A stretch of DNA of 64,000 bases from an uncultured Methylophilus sp. (GTDB lineage: Bacteria > Pseudomonadota > Gammaproteobacteria > Burkholderiales > Methylophilaceae), in NCBI GenBank assembly GCA_965249075.1, contig CBDFLF010000001.1, positions 693,017 through 757,016 of the forward strand, in the 5' to 3' direction. Under the pieces are notes generated by a model that was not told the DNA's origin, ran no database searches, and worked only from the letters and a program-made list of their open reading frames with translations. How positions within the stretch are numbered: the first letter of the stretch is position 1; every line of letters begins with the position of its first letter. Both the position numbers and the translations under genes were made by a program. Below, piece by piece: positions 17,858 to 28,719 of the stretch.

Positions 17858-19177
17858 ATGTCAAAAAATGATGTCCTTTTAAAACGCAGCCTTGCTTCAG
17901 TGTGGCACCCTTGCACGCAGATGAAGCACCACGAAACGTATCCGCTTACCCCCATCACTAGAGGTGAGGGCGTGTGGTTGGAGGATGCGGAGGGTAAACG
18001 CTATTTAGATGCGGTAAGCTCTTGGTGGGTGAATTTGTTTGGGCATAACAACCCACGCATTAAAGACGCGATTAAAGCGCAACTTGACCAATTAGAGCAT
18101 GTGATGCTGGCGGGTTTTACGCATGAACCTGTGGTGGCGTTGTCAGAAAAGCTAGGCGCGTTGACGGGTTTAGGGCATGCCTTTTACGGCAGTGATGGTG
18201 CGAGTGCGACTGAGATTGCGCTGAAGATGAGTTTTCATTATTGGCGCAATATCGGTCAATCGCAGAAAACACAATTTATCAGCCTGCAAAATAGTTATCA
18301 CGGTGAAACGCTAGGTGCGTTGAGTGTGACCGATGTGGCCATTTTTAAAGACACTTATGCGCCACTGCTCACCCAATCGGCGCAAATGCCCAGCCCTGAT
18401 TTTAGGCTGGCTGAAACAGGCGAGAGCGCAGAGAAGTTTGCTTTGCGTTGTGCGCAGTCATTAGAAACCTATATTGCAGCGCATCACAAGAGTTTGGCGG
18501 CGTTTATCATTGAGCCGTTGGTGCAATGCGCGGCGGGCATGGGCATCTATCATCCCGTCTATTTGCAACGCGCACGCGAGATTTGCACGCAGTATCAAGT
18601 GCATTTAATTGCGGATGAAATTGCGGTGGGTTTTGGACGCACGGGCACCATGTTTGCCTGTGAGCAAGCGGACAAAAAGGTAAGCGATATTGCTGATTTT
18701 GTGTGTTTATCCAAAGGCATCACGGGCGGCTATTTGCCTTTGTCTTGCGTGCTGACAACAGATAAAATCTACCAAGCGTTTTATCACGACCAAACTGCCA
18801 AAGGCTTTTTGCATAGTCATAGTTATACAGGCAATCCATTAGCGTGTAGCGCCGCTTTGGCGACTTTAAGTATTTTTGAAACGGATAATGTGATTGCCCG
18901 CAACCAACAAACATCCGCGTTGATACAAACACAAATGCAAGCACTCACTGACTTGCCTATCCAGCACCTGCGTCATCAAGGCATGATACATGCCTTTGAT
19001 GTGCAAACAGCCAAACCTACTTTTGCCCGCGATTGCTATGCAACCGCCCTACAACAAGGTATCTTGCTGCGCCCGATTGGAAACACGGTTTATTTCATGC
19101 CCCCTTATTGCATTACCCCAGAAGAAATCACAACAATGATACAAACAACGCAACAGGCGGTAAGCGCATGCTTGTAA
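17858..19177 (+). CDS. bioA: Adenosylmethionine-8-amino-7-oxononanoate transaminase
   Basis: VWHPCTQM, LDAVSSWWVNLFGH, DGASATEIALKM, YHGETLGA, IADEIAVGFGRTG, SKGITGGY, HSHSYTGNPLA. Confidence 0.95.
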   Translation: MSKNDVLLKRSLASVWHPCTQMKHHETYPLTPITRGEGVWLEDAEGKRYLDAVSSWWVNLFGHNNPRIKDAIKAQLDQLEHVMLAGFTHEPVVALSEKLGALTGLGHAFYGSDGASATEIALKMSFHYWRNIGQSQKTQFISLQNSYHGETLGALSVTDVAIFKDTYAPLLTQSAQMPSPDFRLAETGESAEKFALRCAQSLETYIAAHHKSLAAFIIEPLVQCAAGMGIYHPVYLQRAREICTQYQVHLIADEIAVGFGRTGTMFACEQADKKVSDIADFVCLSKGITGGYLPLSCVLTTDKIYQAFYHDQTAKGFLHSHSYTGNPLACSAALATLSIFETDNVIARNQQTSALIQTQMQALTDLPIQHLRHQGMIHAFDVQTAKPTFARDCYATALQQGILLRPIGNTVYFMPPYCITPEEITTMIQTTQQAVSACL

Positions 19178-20607
19178 GAAAATTGTTTTTCATCATCCTC
19201 AGTGTTATTAGCCTTAGCGCACAGGCAGGCTTACCAACAACGGTGTTAGAGGCTTTAAAGAAAGCAGGTATTCCACAAGAAAACGTAGCGGTGTATGTGC
19301 AAGCTTTAGATAGCGCAATGCCCGCCATTCAGCATAACGCTAGCAAATCTCTCAACCCCGCTAGCGTAATGAAGTTGGTGACCACTTACGCCGCGCTTGA
19401 GGCGCTGACACCTGACTATCGCTGGAAAACCGAGGTGTATCGAGATGGCTATGTGAGCAACGGTGTTTTAAACGGCGACTTGATTTTGAAAGGCTATGGC
19501 GACCCGAGTTTTAAAGCGCAAGAGTTTTGGCGTTTACTCATGAATATACAACAAGCGGGCATTAAGCAGATCACTGGTAATCTGGTGATTGATAAAAGCC
19601 TGTTTGCCAAAGAAGTTAGTAATCGCAATACCTTTGACGCAGAAACATGGCGCGCTTACAACGCCATGCCGAGCGCATTTTTGGTGAATGGTCGCAACAC
19701 CAGTTTTAAGTTTTATGTGCAAGACGGCGCGGTAAAGGTGGTGCAAGAGTTTGAGTTGCCTCAAATCAGCATCATTAACAAAATGCGCTTGCGCCAGGGT
19801 GCTTGCGGAAGCTGGCGAAATTATTTTAATTACACAGTCAAAACGACTGAAAGCAACCTGAGTAAAGATGCAAGTGCTAGCGCGCTAGTTACCTTTAATG
19901 GCACGTTTTCACCTGAGTGTGAAGAACGTTACTTAGAGCTGAGTGTCTTGAGTGATGAGCAGTATGCGTTTGCCACTTTTAAAAAGCTTTGGCAAGCATT
20001 GGGCGGGCAATTTAACGGGCAATTAAAAGTCAAAGAAACGCCACCCACAGCAATAAAAGTGCTGAGTCAACTCTCAGACCCTTTGGCCTATGCGATACGC
20101 GACATCAATAAATGGAGCCACAATTTGATGGCACGCCAACTGATGCTTACACTAGGCGCTGAAAAATTAGGCGTGCCTGCCAATGAAAGTAAAGGCGCAC
20201 AAGCGGTTAAAGAAGTGCTGAGTAGCAAGGGCTTGGTGTTTAATGAATTGGTGCTAGAAAATGGCTCAGGCTTATCGCGCATTGAACGAGTCAGTGCGGA
20301 GCATTTAGGACAACTATTAGTGAGCGCTTACCATAGCCCCATAATGCCAGAATTGCTGGCCTCCATGCCGATTTTGGGATTGGATGGCACGGTTAAAAAA
20401 CGCTTAGAAAGCACCCCAGCACAAGGGCGTGGGCACTTAAAAACCGGCTCTCTCGAAGGTGTGACCACCATTGCGGGCTATGTGTTCGACTTGCAAAAGA
20501 AACGCCATGTGTTGGTGATGATGGTGAACCACGCCAACGCTTCTGCATCCAAAGAGGCACAAGATGCGCTATTGCAATCAGTCATCATGGGCATGCCTGA
20601 CAATTAA
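19168..20607 (+). CDS. dacB: D-alanyl-D-alanine carboxypeptidase/endopeptidase (PBP4)
   Basis: PASVMK (SxxK), SHN (SxN), KTG. Signal peptide starts at ATG 19168, overlapping the bioA end. Confidence 0.93.
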   Translation: MLVRKLFFIILSVISLSAQAGLPTTVLEALKKAGIPQENVAVYVQALDSAMPAIQHNASKSLNPASVMKLVTTYAALEALTPDYRWKTEVYRDGYVSNGVLNGDLILKGYGDPSFKAQEFWRLLMNIQQAGIKQITGNLVIDKSLFAKEVSNRNTFDAETWRAYNAMPSAFLVNGRNTSFKFYVQDGAVKVVQEFELPQISIINKMRLRQGACGSWRNYFNYTVKTTESNLSKDASASALVTFNGTFSPECEERYLELSVLSDEQYAFATFKKLWQALGGQFNGQLKVKETPPTAIKVLSQLSDPLAYAIRDINKWSHNLMARQLMLTLGAEKLGVPANESKGAQAVKEVLSSKGLVFNELVLENGSGLSRIERVSAEHLGQLLVSAYHSPIMPELLASMPILGLDGTVKKRLESTPAQGRGHLKTGSLEGVTTIAGYVFDLQKKRHVLVMMVNHANASASKEAQDALLQSVIMGMPDN

Positions 20608-20708
20608 ACGCCATCATACTTGCGACACCGCATGCACTGAAGCGCAGAATTTTTGACCAAAACCGCGTATCATATTATTTTTTGAACTAGCCATCCCTAA
20701 GGAAGTTT

Positions 20709-21191
20709 ATGCGATTCAACCAATCAACCATTTCATTGACTGTGGCGATGATACTGAGCATGAGCATGGCAGGATGCCAAGCACAATCTAACTCATCAAC
20801 GCAATCAACAACATCAACAAAGGAAACTGCCAGCATGACAGCCGTGACTGAATTACAAAAAATCGACACCCAAGTAGGCACAGGCCGTGAAGCAGAAATT
20901 GGCTTTAACGTCACCGTGCATTACACAGGTTGGCTCTATGATGCAAACGCCAAAGACCATAAAGGCTCAAAGTTTGACAGCAGCTTGGATAGACGCGAAC
21001 CATTTAACTTCTTTTTGGGTGGTCAGCAAGTGATTCAGGGTTGGGACGAAGGTGTGCAAGGCATGAAAATAGGTGGCAAACGCACTTTAATCATCCCCTC
21101 TGAAATGGGGTATGGCGCACGTGGTGCTGGTGGCGTGATTCCGCCGAATGCAGCACTGGTGTTTGATGTAGAACTCCTCAACGTGAAGTAA
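20709..21191 (+). CDS. FKBP-type peptidyl-prolyl isomerase, probable lipoprotein
   Basis: Lipobox-like [42 protein letters not shown]. Confidence 0.93.
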   Translation: MRFNQSTISLTVAMILSMSMAGCQAQSNSSTQSTTSTKETASMTAVTELQKIDTQVGTGREAEIGFNVTVHYTGWLYDANAKDHKGSKFDSSLDRREPFNFFLGGQQVIQGWDEGVQGMKIGGKRTLIIPSEMGYGARGAGGVIPPNAALVFDVELLNVK

Positions 21192-21205
21192 CTCAGGAAA
21201 CCTGT

Positions 21206-21631
21206 ATGCAAGTCAAAGTAAAATGGATAGATGGCGTCAGCTTTGTTGGCGAGTCTGAAACTGGCCATGCGGTAGTACTCGACGGTGCGCCCGAAAATGG
21301 CGGTCGCAATATCGGCATGCGCCCGATGGAAATGTTGCTGATTGGCATGGGTGCTTGCACCTCGTTTGATGTCGTCACCATCCTCAAAAAAGCACGTCAG
21401 CCTATCGTCGATTGCGTGGCTGAAATCACAGCACAACGCGCTGATGAAATCCCAAAAGTGTTTACCAAGATTCATGTGCATTTTGTGGTGACTGGTGAGG
21501 GCTTGAACGAAACCCAAGTAGAGCGCGCCATTAAACTCTCAGCAGAAAAATACTGCTCTGCCAGCATCATGCTACAAAAAGCTTGCGAAATTACACATGA
21601 CTTCGAAATCAAAGCGCCTAATTTTGAATAA
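21206..21631 (+). CDS. OsmC family protein (YhfA-like)
   Basis: RPMEMLLIGMGACT and SAEKYCSAS (two conserved Cys). Confidence 0.92.
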   Translation: MQVKVKWIDGVSFVGESETGHAVVLDGAPENGGRNIGMRPMEMLLIGMGACTSFDVVTILKKARQPIVDCVAEITAQRADEIPKVFTKIHVHFVVTGEGLNETQVERAIKLSAEKYCSASIMLQKACEITHDFEIKAPNFE

Positions 21632-21661
21632 CTGGATTTTGAATAACCGAGTTTCGAGTAG

Positions 21662-22066
21662 ATGATGAGCGTTCCTGCTGGCATGTTGGGCATACGCCAC
21701 GTTGCCCTGTTTATCAAAGAACTAGAATCCGCGGTGGATTTTTACACCCGCGTGGTTGGCATGACCATTGAATGGCAACCCGATGCTGACAATGTGTATT
21801 TGACCAATCACGGTGATGTGTTTGCCTTGCATCGTGTGGATTATACGGCTGACCCCAAACAGAGATTAGACCACATTGGCTTTGTGCTGACGGATGAAAC
21901 TGCAGTGGATGCATGGCATGCGCATATGGTAGCGCATGGCGTAAAAATCACGGAAGCCCCCAAAAGCCATCGCGATGGCTCACGCGGTTTCTACTGCTTG
22001 GATAGCGTGGGGCACTTGTTAGAGTTTATTTATCACCCGCCGATTATTAAGCAACTCACTCACTAG
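21662..22066 (+). CDS. VOC/glyoxalase family protein
   Basis: IRHVAL, FYTRVVG, LDHIGF, FYCLDSVGHLLE. Confidence 0.88.
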   Translation: MMSVPAGMLGIRHVALFIKELESAVDFYTRVVGMTIEWQPDADNVYLTNHGDVFALHRVDYTADPKQRLDHIGFVLTDETAVDAWHAHMVAHGVKITEAPKSHRDGSRGFYCLDSVGHLLEFIYHPPIIKQLTH

Positions 22067-22099
22067 CCCCTTATTTTTGAGGCTAATGAGATTTTCTAC

Positions 22100-22837
22100 T
22101 TATATTTTCTTAGTAATAAATATCAAGGTATTACCGCCCATAATCACTTCGTTTCGCAACGTTAAATCATAGCGATGTTTCTTTTGTGATTTATCAGAAG
22201 ACAAATAAGCACCTAATTTAAACAACATTACAAACGGGTAAAGTAAGAGCTGTTTATTTTTCTTTTTATCAATCAATATATCCACCACTTCCAAGCCATT
22301 AATTTCAAACATAATATTTAATAGGGTGATGGTAAGTGGTGAATTATGAAAGTTAAATAAGTTGCTACCATCTCTTTTGTAGTCTTCCAAAGTTTTAGGC
22401 TTTGTGAGGTATCCGCGTAGAAAAAACTTCAATCGTTTTTCTATGTTGGAATAGTTGGGAATGCTAAATACGCCCGTGCCGCCTTTTTTGAGCACACGTG
22501 AAAACTCTTCGACAGCCCTGTATGGATTAGTCATATGCTCAAGACCATCTACACAGCAAGTGTAGTCATAAGTGCCATCTGGCGCATCAATTTTATTATT
22601 CAAATCAGTGTAAACGCATTGCTTACCCGTTAATTTGAAAATCGCGGTGTCTATTTCGCCAGATACCGTTTCGTAACCCATTCTATCCAAATGCATAGAA
22701 AGATGTCCCAAACCAGCTGGTGCATCTAAGACTATACCGCGCGGCTGTCCCTCAAAAAACTTAATAATGGTATCGTGTATACTTTTGCGAGCTTTGGGCG
22801 TGATTTCAGGTGAACTTGCTACTGGTTGCTGTGACAT
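22100..22837 (-). CDS. Class I SAM-dependent methyltransferase (AT-rich)
   Basis: VLDAPAGLG, YDYTCCVDGLEH, FSRVLKKGG, SIPN. Confidence 0.82.
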   Translation of the reverse strand: MSQQPVASSPEITPKARKSIHDTIIKFFEGQPRGIVLDAPAGLGHLSMHLDRMGYETVSGEIDTAIFKLTGKQCVYTDLNNKIDAPDGTYDYTCCVDGLEHMTNPYRAVEEFSRVLKKGGTGVFSIPNYSNIEKRLKFFLRGYLTKPKTLEDYKRDGSNLFNFHNSPLTITLLNIMFEINGLEVVDILIDKKKNKQLLLYPFVMLFKLGAYLSSDKSQKKHRYDLTLRNEVIMGGNTLIFITKKI

Positions 22838-22865
22838 TCTGTTGTTTTTCTGTAGGACTTATTGA

Positions 22866-23180
22866 TCAAAGATTGATAATTTTAACAGAAAGTGTTTTCT
22901 CTGAATCTAAAATATCCAGCAATCGATCAATGTTTGGATGTTTGCCAGGGTGGTTTTCTGCATCTTCAGTGTGCTCTGCGTATAAAGCCAAACCCTCTAC
23001 CGCTGCATCAACATTAATCTCACCATACATCTTGAATAAATGGTGATAGACCTTTACCGAGCCTTGGCTGCCTGGTTTGTTTTCTATCATTCCAGCCGCT
23101 TTGTCGCCATCATAAAGTTCTATGCGGAGCACATCGTCTGAACTATCTAGGGTCAACAAAATGTCGTTAAATTTTTGCAT
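22866..23180 (-). CDS. DUF2322-like protein
   Basis: IENKPGSQGS, ALYAEHTEDA, PGKHPNIDRL match my recollection of this family. Confidence 0.8.
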   Translation of the reverse strand: MQKFNDILLTLDSSDDVLRIELYDGDKAAGMIENKPGSQGSVKVYHHLFKMYGEINVDAAVEGLALYAEHTEDAENHPGKHPNIDRLLDILDSEKTLSVKIINL

Positions 23181-23217
23181 CTAATACTCTTTTTCAAAGC
23201 GAAGATTAAACAGACTA

Positions 23218-23847
23218 TCAAACATAGTACGCAGTACGTGTCATTAGGCGTGAGGCCAAACGCATGGCCGACTTGACTGGTGAAGGCAAAGATGCACCAC
23301 CTAACAGGGTAGCAGTTTGTGCGTGCGACTCTTCGTCCAGTTTCATCTGAGTCACAACTGCGCGTGATTCAATATCATTGGTTGGCAACAGGGACAAATG
23401 GCTTTGCAAGTGTGCCGATACTTGGTGCTCGGTTTCCGCTAAAAAGCCTAAATTCCAACGTTCGCCTAACAAGCCAGCTGTCATACCTAAACCAAAACTA
23501 CCCGCAAACCAGAATGGATTCAGCAAACTTTTACGCCCACCTAATGCTGCAATACGTTGCTCACACCAAGCGAGGTGGTCAACCTCTTCTTGCGAGGCTT
23601 GTTTAAGCGCTTGCACATGGGCAGGCTCTTTTGAAACCAAAGCTTGCCCCGCATAAAGCGCTTGCGCACACACCTCGCCTACATGGTTAATACGCATCAG
23701 TGCCGCCGCCTGTTTTTTTTCTTCTGCTGTTAGCGCAGTCAGTTCAACATTTTCAGGCTTGGGACAAGCACGGTTTGCCTGTGCTGGCGCAAACACGGTG
23801 CGTAAGCCTGTATCAAACACACTGATGAACTTGTCCAAACTTTGCAT
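23218..23847 (-). CDS. coq7: Demethoxyubiquinone hydroxylase (di-iron, Coq7)
   Basis: [39 protein letters not shown]. Confidence 0.95.
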   Translation of the reverse strand: MQSLDKFISVFDTGLRTVFAPAQANRACPKPENVELTALTAEEKKQAAALMRINHVGEVCAQALYAGQALVSKEPAHVQALKQASQEEVDHLAWCEQRIAALGGRKSLLNPFWFAGSFGLGMTAGLLGERWNLGFLAETEHQVSAHLQSHLSLLPTNDIESRAVVTQMKLDEESHAQTATLLGGASLPSPVKSAMRLASRLMTRTAYYV

Positions 23848-23867
23848 ACTGTAATCGTCAATGCGCT

Positions 23868-25295
23868 TTATTTTGCTTTAACTTCACTCACCTTGGCTGG
23901 CTCTGGTGCTTTTTGCACAGGCATGCCTTTAAGCAAATTCATCGCTTGTACAAATTGGAAATCGTCTTTACTTGCAGGCTCTACAGGGCCTTTGGGCTCA
24001 GCAAATTTCTTCTCATTCAACTTTTCTTTCGCTAAGCGCGCTTTTTCTTCATCTGCCGCTTTGGTTTTTGCCTTTTCAGCTTCAGTTGGATTTGATAAGT
24101 GACGTTTCAAATCTGCTTCATGCAAATTAAAACTTGGGTCTGAGCCGTCTTCCACAATCACGTCAGGCACAATGCCTTTGGCTTGAATCGAGCGACCTTT
24201 TGGCGTGAAGTAACGGGCTGTGGTCAACTTAATCGCACTACCATTGTTCATCGGTAAAATAGTCTGCACAGAGCCTTTACCAAAACTTTGTATACCCAAA
24301 ATCGTCGCACGTTTATGGTCTTGCAAGGCACCCGCTACAATTTCTGAAGCGGAGGCTGATCCCGCGTTAATCAACACCACCATTGGTACAGATTTAAACT
24401 CTTCTGGCAAATCTTTCAAATAGTCTGACTTACCGCGTCTAGCGTAGTCCATTGGTGCCGCATTTAAACGCATTTTAGAGTCACTGATACGTCCTTCTGT
24501 GTATACCACCAACTCATTTTTAGGCAAGAAAGCGGCTGAAACACCCACTGCCGCATCCAACAAACCGCCTGGATTGTTACGCATATCTAACACCAAACCT
24601 TTGAATGGTGATTTGTTTTGAGCACTCAGCGATTTAAGTGCTTTTGCTAAATCCTCACCAGTATGGTCTTGGAACTGGGTAATCCGCACATAACCATAGC
24701 CCTGTTCTATCCATTTGTTTTTAACGCTTTGTGATTTGATGATGGCGCGGGTTAATTCAAACGTTAGCGGATTGGCTTCGCCTTTACGCAATACGCTCAA
24801 CACAATTTTAGTGTTAGGCACACCGCGCATTTTTTTAACCGCCTCATTCAAGGTTAAACCACGCACTTGCGTGTCATCCAACTTCATAATCAAGTCACCA
24901 GATTTCAAACCAGCCTTGTAAGCTGGGCTGTCTTCAATCGGCGTTACCACTTTGACCAAGCCATCTTCCATCGCCACCTCAATGCCCAAACCACCAAACT
25001 CGCCTTGCGTACCCGCTTGCAAGTCTTTGTAGGCATCTGCATCCATAAAAGTTGAGTGTGGATCTAAGCCTTGCAACATGCCTGATAGTGCCTCGTTAAT
25101 CAGTTTTTTGTCTTCCACAGGCTCAACATAATCTGATTTCACTTTGGCAAATACTTCTGCGAACACGCGCAACTCATCTATCGGCAATTGTGGTGACATA
25201 GAGCGGTCAGCCCAAGCAGATAGATTTAAACTAATCAATACCCCTACAAAAACGCCTGCCCCTAGTAATCCAAATTTTTCTGCTGTAGAACGCAT
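23868..25295 (-). CDS. C-terminal processing protease (S41, PDZ-containing; CtpA-like)
   Basis: LDPHS, GLGIEV PDZ loop, [33 protein letters not shown]. Start placed at ATG 25295 (MRSTAEK). Confidence 0.95.
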   Translation of the reverse strand: MRSTAEKFGLLGAGVFVGVLISLNLSAWADRSMSPQLPIDELRVFAEVFAKVKSDYVEPVEDKKLINEALSGMLQGLDPHSTFMDADAYKDLQAGTQGEFGGLGIEVAMEDGLVKVVTPIEDSPAYKAGLKSGDLIMKLDDTQVRGLTLNEAVKKMRGVPNTKIVLSVLRKGEANPLTFELTRAIIKSQSVKNKWIEQGYGYVRITQFQDHTGEDLAKALKSLSAQNKSPFKGLVLDMRNNPGGLLDAAVGVSAAFLPKNELVVYTEGRISDSKMRLNAAPMDYARRGKSDYLKDLPEEFKSVPMVVLINAGSASASEIVAGALQDHKRATILGIQSFGKGSVQTILPMNNGSAIKLTTARYFTPKGRSIQAKGIVPDVIVEDGSDPSFNLHEADLKRHLSNPTEAEKAKTKAADEEKARLAKEKLNEKKFAEPKGPVEPASKDDFQFVQAMNLLKGMPVQKAPEPAKVSEVKAK

Positions 25296-25448
25296 GTTGT
25301 GCCTTAATAATGTGAATGTTATATAAAGTGATTGAACCACTCTCACGAGAAAAGTAAGAGCAGGCATATAAGTAATAGTTTCATTTTCCGCTATTTCAAA
25401 AAAAATGACTATACTTTATGTCAAAATATTATTTTTAATGCCGTTTAG

Positions 25449-25784
25449 ATGAAAACAATGTCACTCAAACCTGTGGTGGAAATTGAATACTGTACCCAAT
25501 GTGGTTGGTTATTACGCGCCGCTTGGTTAGCCCAAGAGCTGCTCACTACTTTTGTTGATGATTTAGCCTCAGTCAATTTAGTGCCAAGCACTGGCGGCAT
25601 TCTTGAAGTGCGTCTCAATGGGCTTTGTGTGTTCTCAAGAAAAACGGCTGGACGCTTTCCTGAGGCAAAAGAATTAAAGCAACTCATTAGAGACCAGATA
25701 GATCCTGAGCGCTCATTGGGGCATAGCGATACTCCAGTTAACGTCAAAACAGTTAACGCCAAGCCCGAAACAGACCATCCTTAA
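25449..25784 (+). CDS. SelT/SelW/SelH (Rdx) family protein
   Basis: IEYCTQCGW (CxxC), AQELL, GGILEV, FPEAKELKQLIRD. Confidence 0.92.
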   Translation: MKTMSLKPVVEIEYCTQCGWLLRAAWLAQELLTTFVDDLASVNLVPSTGGILEVRLNGLCVFSRKTAGRFPEAKELKQLIRDQIDPERSLGHSDTPVNVKTVNAKPETDHP

Positions 25785-26380
25785 CGCGTTGCAGTTCTCG
25801 CCTCAACATCCATGCGTTTTGCCCCACGATAACGAGCACTCCAATAACTGTTATTGATACTCTCAATACGGATTCTAGCGCCCGTGCGCGGCGCATGAAT
25901 AAAGCGATTGTTACCCATGTAAATGCCCACGTGTGAAATCGCGGACTGTATGGTGTTAAAAAACACTACATCGCCTGGCTGCAACTCATCACGCGAGACT
26001 GCACGACCCACCTCGCTGATTGAACGCGCTGTAGGTGGCAAAGCGATATGTGCGGCTTGTCTAAATACATATTGCACAAAGCCACTGCAATCAAACCCTG
26101 TTTCGGGTGAACGTCCCCCGTATTTATATTCTAAGCCAGACAAAGTGAGGGCGTGCATCAACACCTCCTCTACTTTTTCTGCCCAACTACGGTCGTCTTG
26201 ATTGGTACTCGATTGCGCTTGTTCATTCAAACTTTGCAAAGTGCGGTCGATAGCGTTTTGCCACTCTGCATCTTGATCCACTGGCGCAGCGATGGTTTGA
26301 CAGCCACAGAGAAGCATCATTACTAGCAAGCCTATCTGAGGTAAGCGTAAAAAATCTTTTTTTATACTGTTTATATTCAT
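25781..26380 (-). CDS. NlpC/P60 (C40) peptidoglycan peptidase, probable lipoprotein
   Basis: GFDCSGFVQYV, PGDVVFF, SHVGIY, FIHA. Lipobox LCGC. Start placed at ATG 26380. Confidence 0.93.
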   Translation of the reverse strand: MNINSIKKDFLRLPQIGLLVMMLLCGCQTIAAPVDQDAEWQNAIDRTLQSLNEQAQSSTNQDDRSWAEKVEEVLMHALTLSGLEYKYGGRSPETGFDCSGFVQYVFRQAAHIALPPTARSISEVGRAVSRDELQPGDVVFFNTIQSAISHVGIYMGNNRFIHAPRTGARIRIESINNSYWSARYRGAKRMDVEARTATR

Positions 26381-26737
26381 GGCGTATTCTGAAATTACTC
26401 TTTTTATTTGTTCATCTACGTTAATAAGACGGCAATACTGCGATGCAAGAAAAATGCCATTTGTGAGCTTACATACCATTCGCTAAATATTATGCCAAAC
26501 AAACAACCAGAAAAATAAACTAAGTGATTGATTATAATTACATTAATTACAAATAAACACTATTTTTATAAGCGATTTAGCAAACCGTATTTCACCGTAT
26601 TTCTTAGGCGCACCAATAGACTAGCCAAGAATATCGCACAAAAAGTGTGCATTTTTCAACACATTTCTTTCATCGCTGACGCGATATCCCATCGGGCGCA
26701 ATGCGACTGCTTAATAATTCATGGGATAATATCGCAC

Positions 26738-28708
26738 ATGTCCGTCAATCAAACCACGCCTGTAATCCACACCTCACCGCTTGCACATCAAGTCGCACAA
26801 GCCTTTGATAGCAATGGCGCGTTAGCGGAAAGCATTACTGGTTTTCATGTGCGCGCACAACAAATTGAGATGGCGCAGGCCATTGCCCTTGCCATTGCGC
26901 AACAAACGCAATTGGTGGCCGAAGCGGGCACGGGCACGGGTAAAACGTTTGCCTACTTAGTACCCGCCCTGCTGTCTGGTGGCAAAGTCATCGTTTCCAC
27001 AGGCACAAAAACCCTACAAGACCAATTATTTAACCGCGACTTGCCCAATGTGCGCGAGGCGCTCAAAGTGCCTGTGAGCGTGAGCATGCTGAAAGGCCGC
27101 GCCAACTATATCTGCCACTACCATTTACAACGCGCCAGTGTTGAAGGCCGTTTTCAATCACGCGATGACGCGCAATACATTCCCATTATTCAAGCGTTTG
27201 CAGAGCATAGCAAAACGGGCGACAAAGCGGAGCTAACCGATGTCCCCGAAAATGCCACGGTTTGGCAAAGCGTTACCAGCACACGTGATAACTGCTTGGG
27301 GCAAGACTGCCAACATTACAAAGAATGCTTTGTAATGGAAGCGCGCAAACAAGCACTGGCTGCCGATGTGGTGGTGGTCAATCACCATTTGTTTTTTGCT
27401 GATGTGATGTTGCGCGATGAAGGGGTGGCCGAGCTGTTGCCCAGCGCCAATACCGTCATTTTTGACGAGGCACACCAACTGCCTGAAGTGGCTGGGCTAT
27501 TTTTTGGCGAAGATATTTCCACCAGCTTGCTGATGGATGTGGCGCGCGACACCACGATTGCCTATCTAAGTGCCGCCAAAGATTGTGTGGCTTTAGATGA
27601 CAGCGCCAAAAAACTAGAAAAAGCCTGCCGTGATTTTAGATTGGTGTTTAAGTTTGAAGGCTCGCGCATGCCCGCGCAAAAAGCACTCAGCTTGCCCAAC
27701 TTTGAATCTGCTTACACTGAGATGCAAGAAGCTTTAAGGGCCTTGAGTGCTGTGTTAGAAACCCAAGCCGCCCGCGACCCCATGCTAGAAAAATGCTGGC
27801 AACGCGCCGAACTCTTACTCGCACAACTGGATAGCTGGATGAAAGCCAGCAATCCCAATCTCGTGCGCTGGGTGGAAGTGTTTACGCAAAGTGTGCAACT
27901 ACACGCCACACCACTCAGTGTTGCGGATGGCTTTGGCAAACAACTCAATGCGCAACCAAGGGCTTGGATTTTCACCTCCGCCACACTGGCCGTCAAAAGT
28001 GATTTTAGCCACTACATTGGGCAAATGGGTTTAAATAACGCCACCACAGGCTTTTGGGAAAGCCCCTTTAATTACGGCGAGCAAGCGCTACTCTACGCGC
28101 CACAAAATATGCCTGACCCCAACTCGCCTGCCTACACCGCTGCGGTCGCCGCCATCAGTGTGCCCGTCATCCAAGCCAGCCAAGGCCGTGCCTTTGTGCT
28201 GTGTACCTCACTCAAAGCCATGCGCGAAGTCCATGCCCTGCTCAAAGAAGCCTTTGCGCAAGCGGGCATGGAGTACCCCCTGCTCATGCAAGGCGAAAGC
28301 ACACGCACTGAGCTGCTCGACCGTTTCCGTAGCCACGGCAATGCGGTGCTGGTCGGCTCACAAAGCTTTTGGGAAGGCGTCGATGTCCGTGGCGAAGCCC
28401 TCTCCTGCGTCATCATCGACAAACTCCCGTTTGCCCCGCCCGACGACCCCGTGTTATCTGCCCGCATTGATAAAATGAACCAAGAAGGCAAAAATGCGTT
28501 TATGGAATATCAACTGCCTTATTCCGTGATTACCCTCAAACAAGGCGCTGGCCGATTGATACGCGACGAAAACGACCGTGGCGTGTTGGTGATTTGCGAC
28601 CCGCGCTTGATTAGCAAACCTTATGGCAGACGCATTTGGCAAAGCTTGCCACCGTTTAGTCGCACCAAAGAGCTTAGCGATGTGGAAGCGTTTTTTGAAA
28701 CTCATTGA
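26738..28708 (+). CDS. ATP-dependent DNA helicase, DinG/YoaA family
   Basis: AEAGTGTGKT, LKGRANYIC (Fe-S), VVNHHLF, DEAH, TSATL, FWEGVDV, QGAGRLIR. Start placed at ATG 26738. Confidence 0.94.
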   Translation: MSVNQTTPVIHTSPLAHQVAQAFDSNGALAESITGFHVRAQQIEMAQAIALAIAQQTQLVAEAGTGTGKTFAYLVPALLSGGKVIVSTGTKTLQDQLFNRDLPNVREALKVPVSVSMLKGRANYICHYHLQRASVEGRFQSRDDAQYIPIIQAFAEHSKTGDKAELTDVPENATVWQSVTSTRDNCLGQDCQHYKECFVMEARKQALAADVVVVNHHLFFADVMLRDEGVAELLPSANTVIFDEAHQLPEVAGLFFGEDISTSLLMDVARDTTIAYLSAAKDCVALDDSAKKLEKACRDFRLVFKFEGSRMPAQKALSLPNFESAYTEMQEALRALSAVLETQAARDPMLEKCWQRAELLLAQLDSWMKASNPNLVRWVEVFTQSVQLHATPLSVADGFGKQLNAQPRAWIFTSATLAVKSDFSHYIGQMGLNNATTGFWESPFNYGEQALLYAPQNMPDPNSPAYTAAVAAISVPVIQASQGRAFVLCTSLKAMREVHALLKEAFAQAGMEYPLLMQGESTRTELLDRFRSHGNAVLVGSQSFWEGVDVRGEALSCVIIDKLPFAPPDDPVLSARIDKMNQEGKNAFMEYQLPYSVITLKQGAGRLIRDENDRGVLVICDPRLISKPYGRRIWQSLPPFSRTKELSDVEAFFETH

Positions 28709-28719
28709 AGGCAGAACCT

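Noticed and set aside
21622-21647. Short duplications (TTTTGAATAAC x2 here; similar at 26584-26603, 40658-40690 and 55426-55455)
   Set aside because: Only two short copies each, with no spacer structure. They look like slippage-type microduplications, not CRISPR or functional arrays.
25449-25784. Selenoprotein possibility for the SelW-like protein
   Set aside because: The motif is CTQC with ordinary Cys codons; there is no in-frame TGA.
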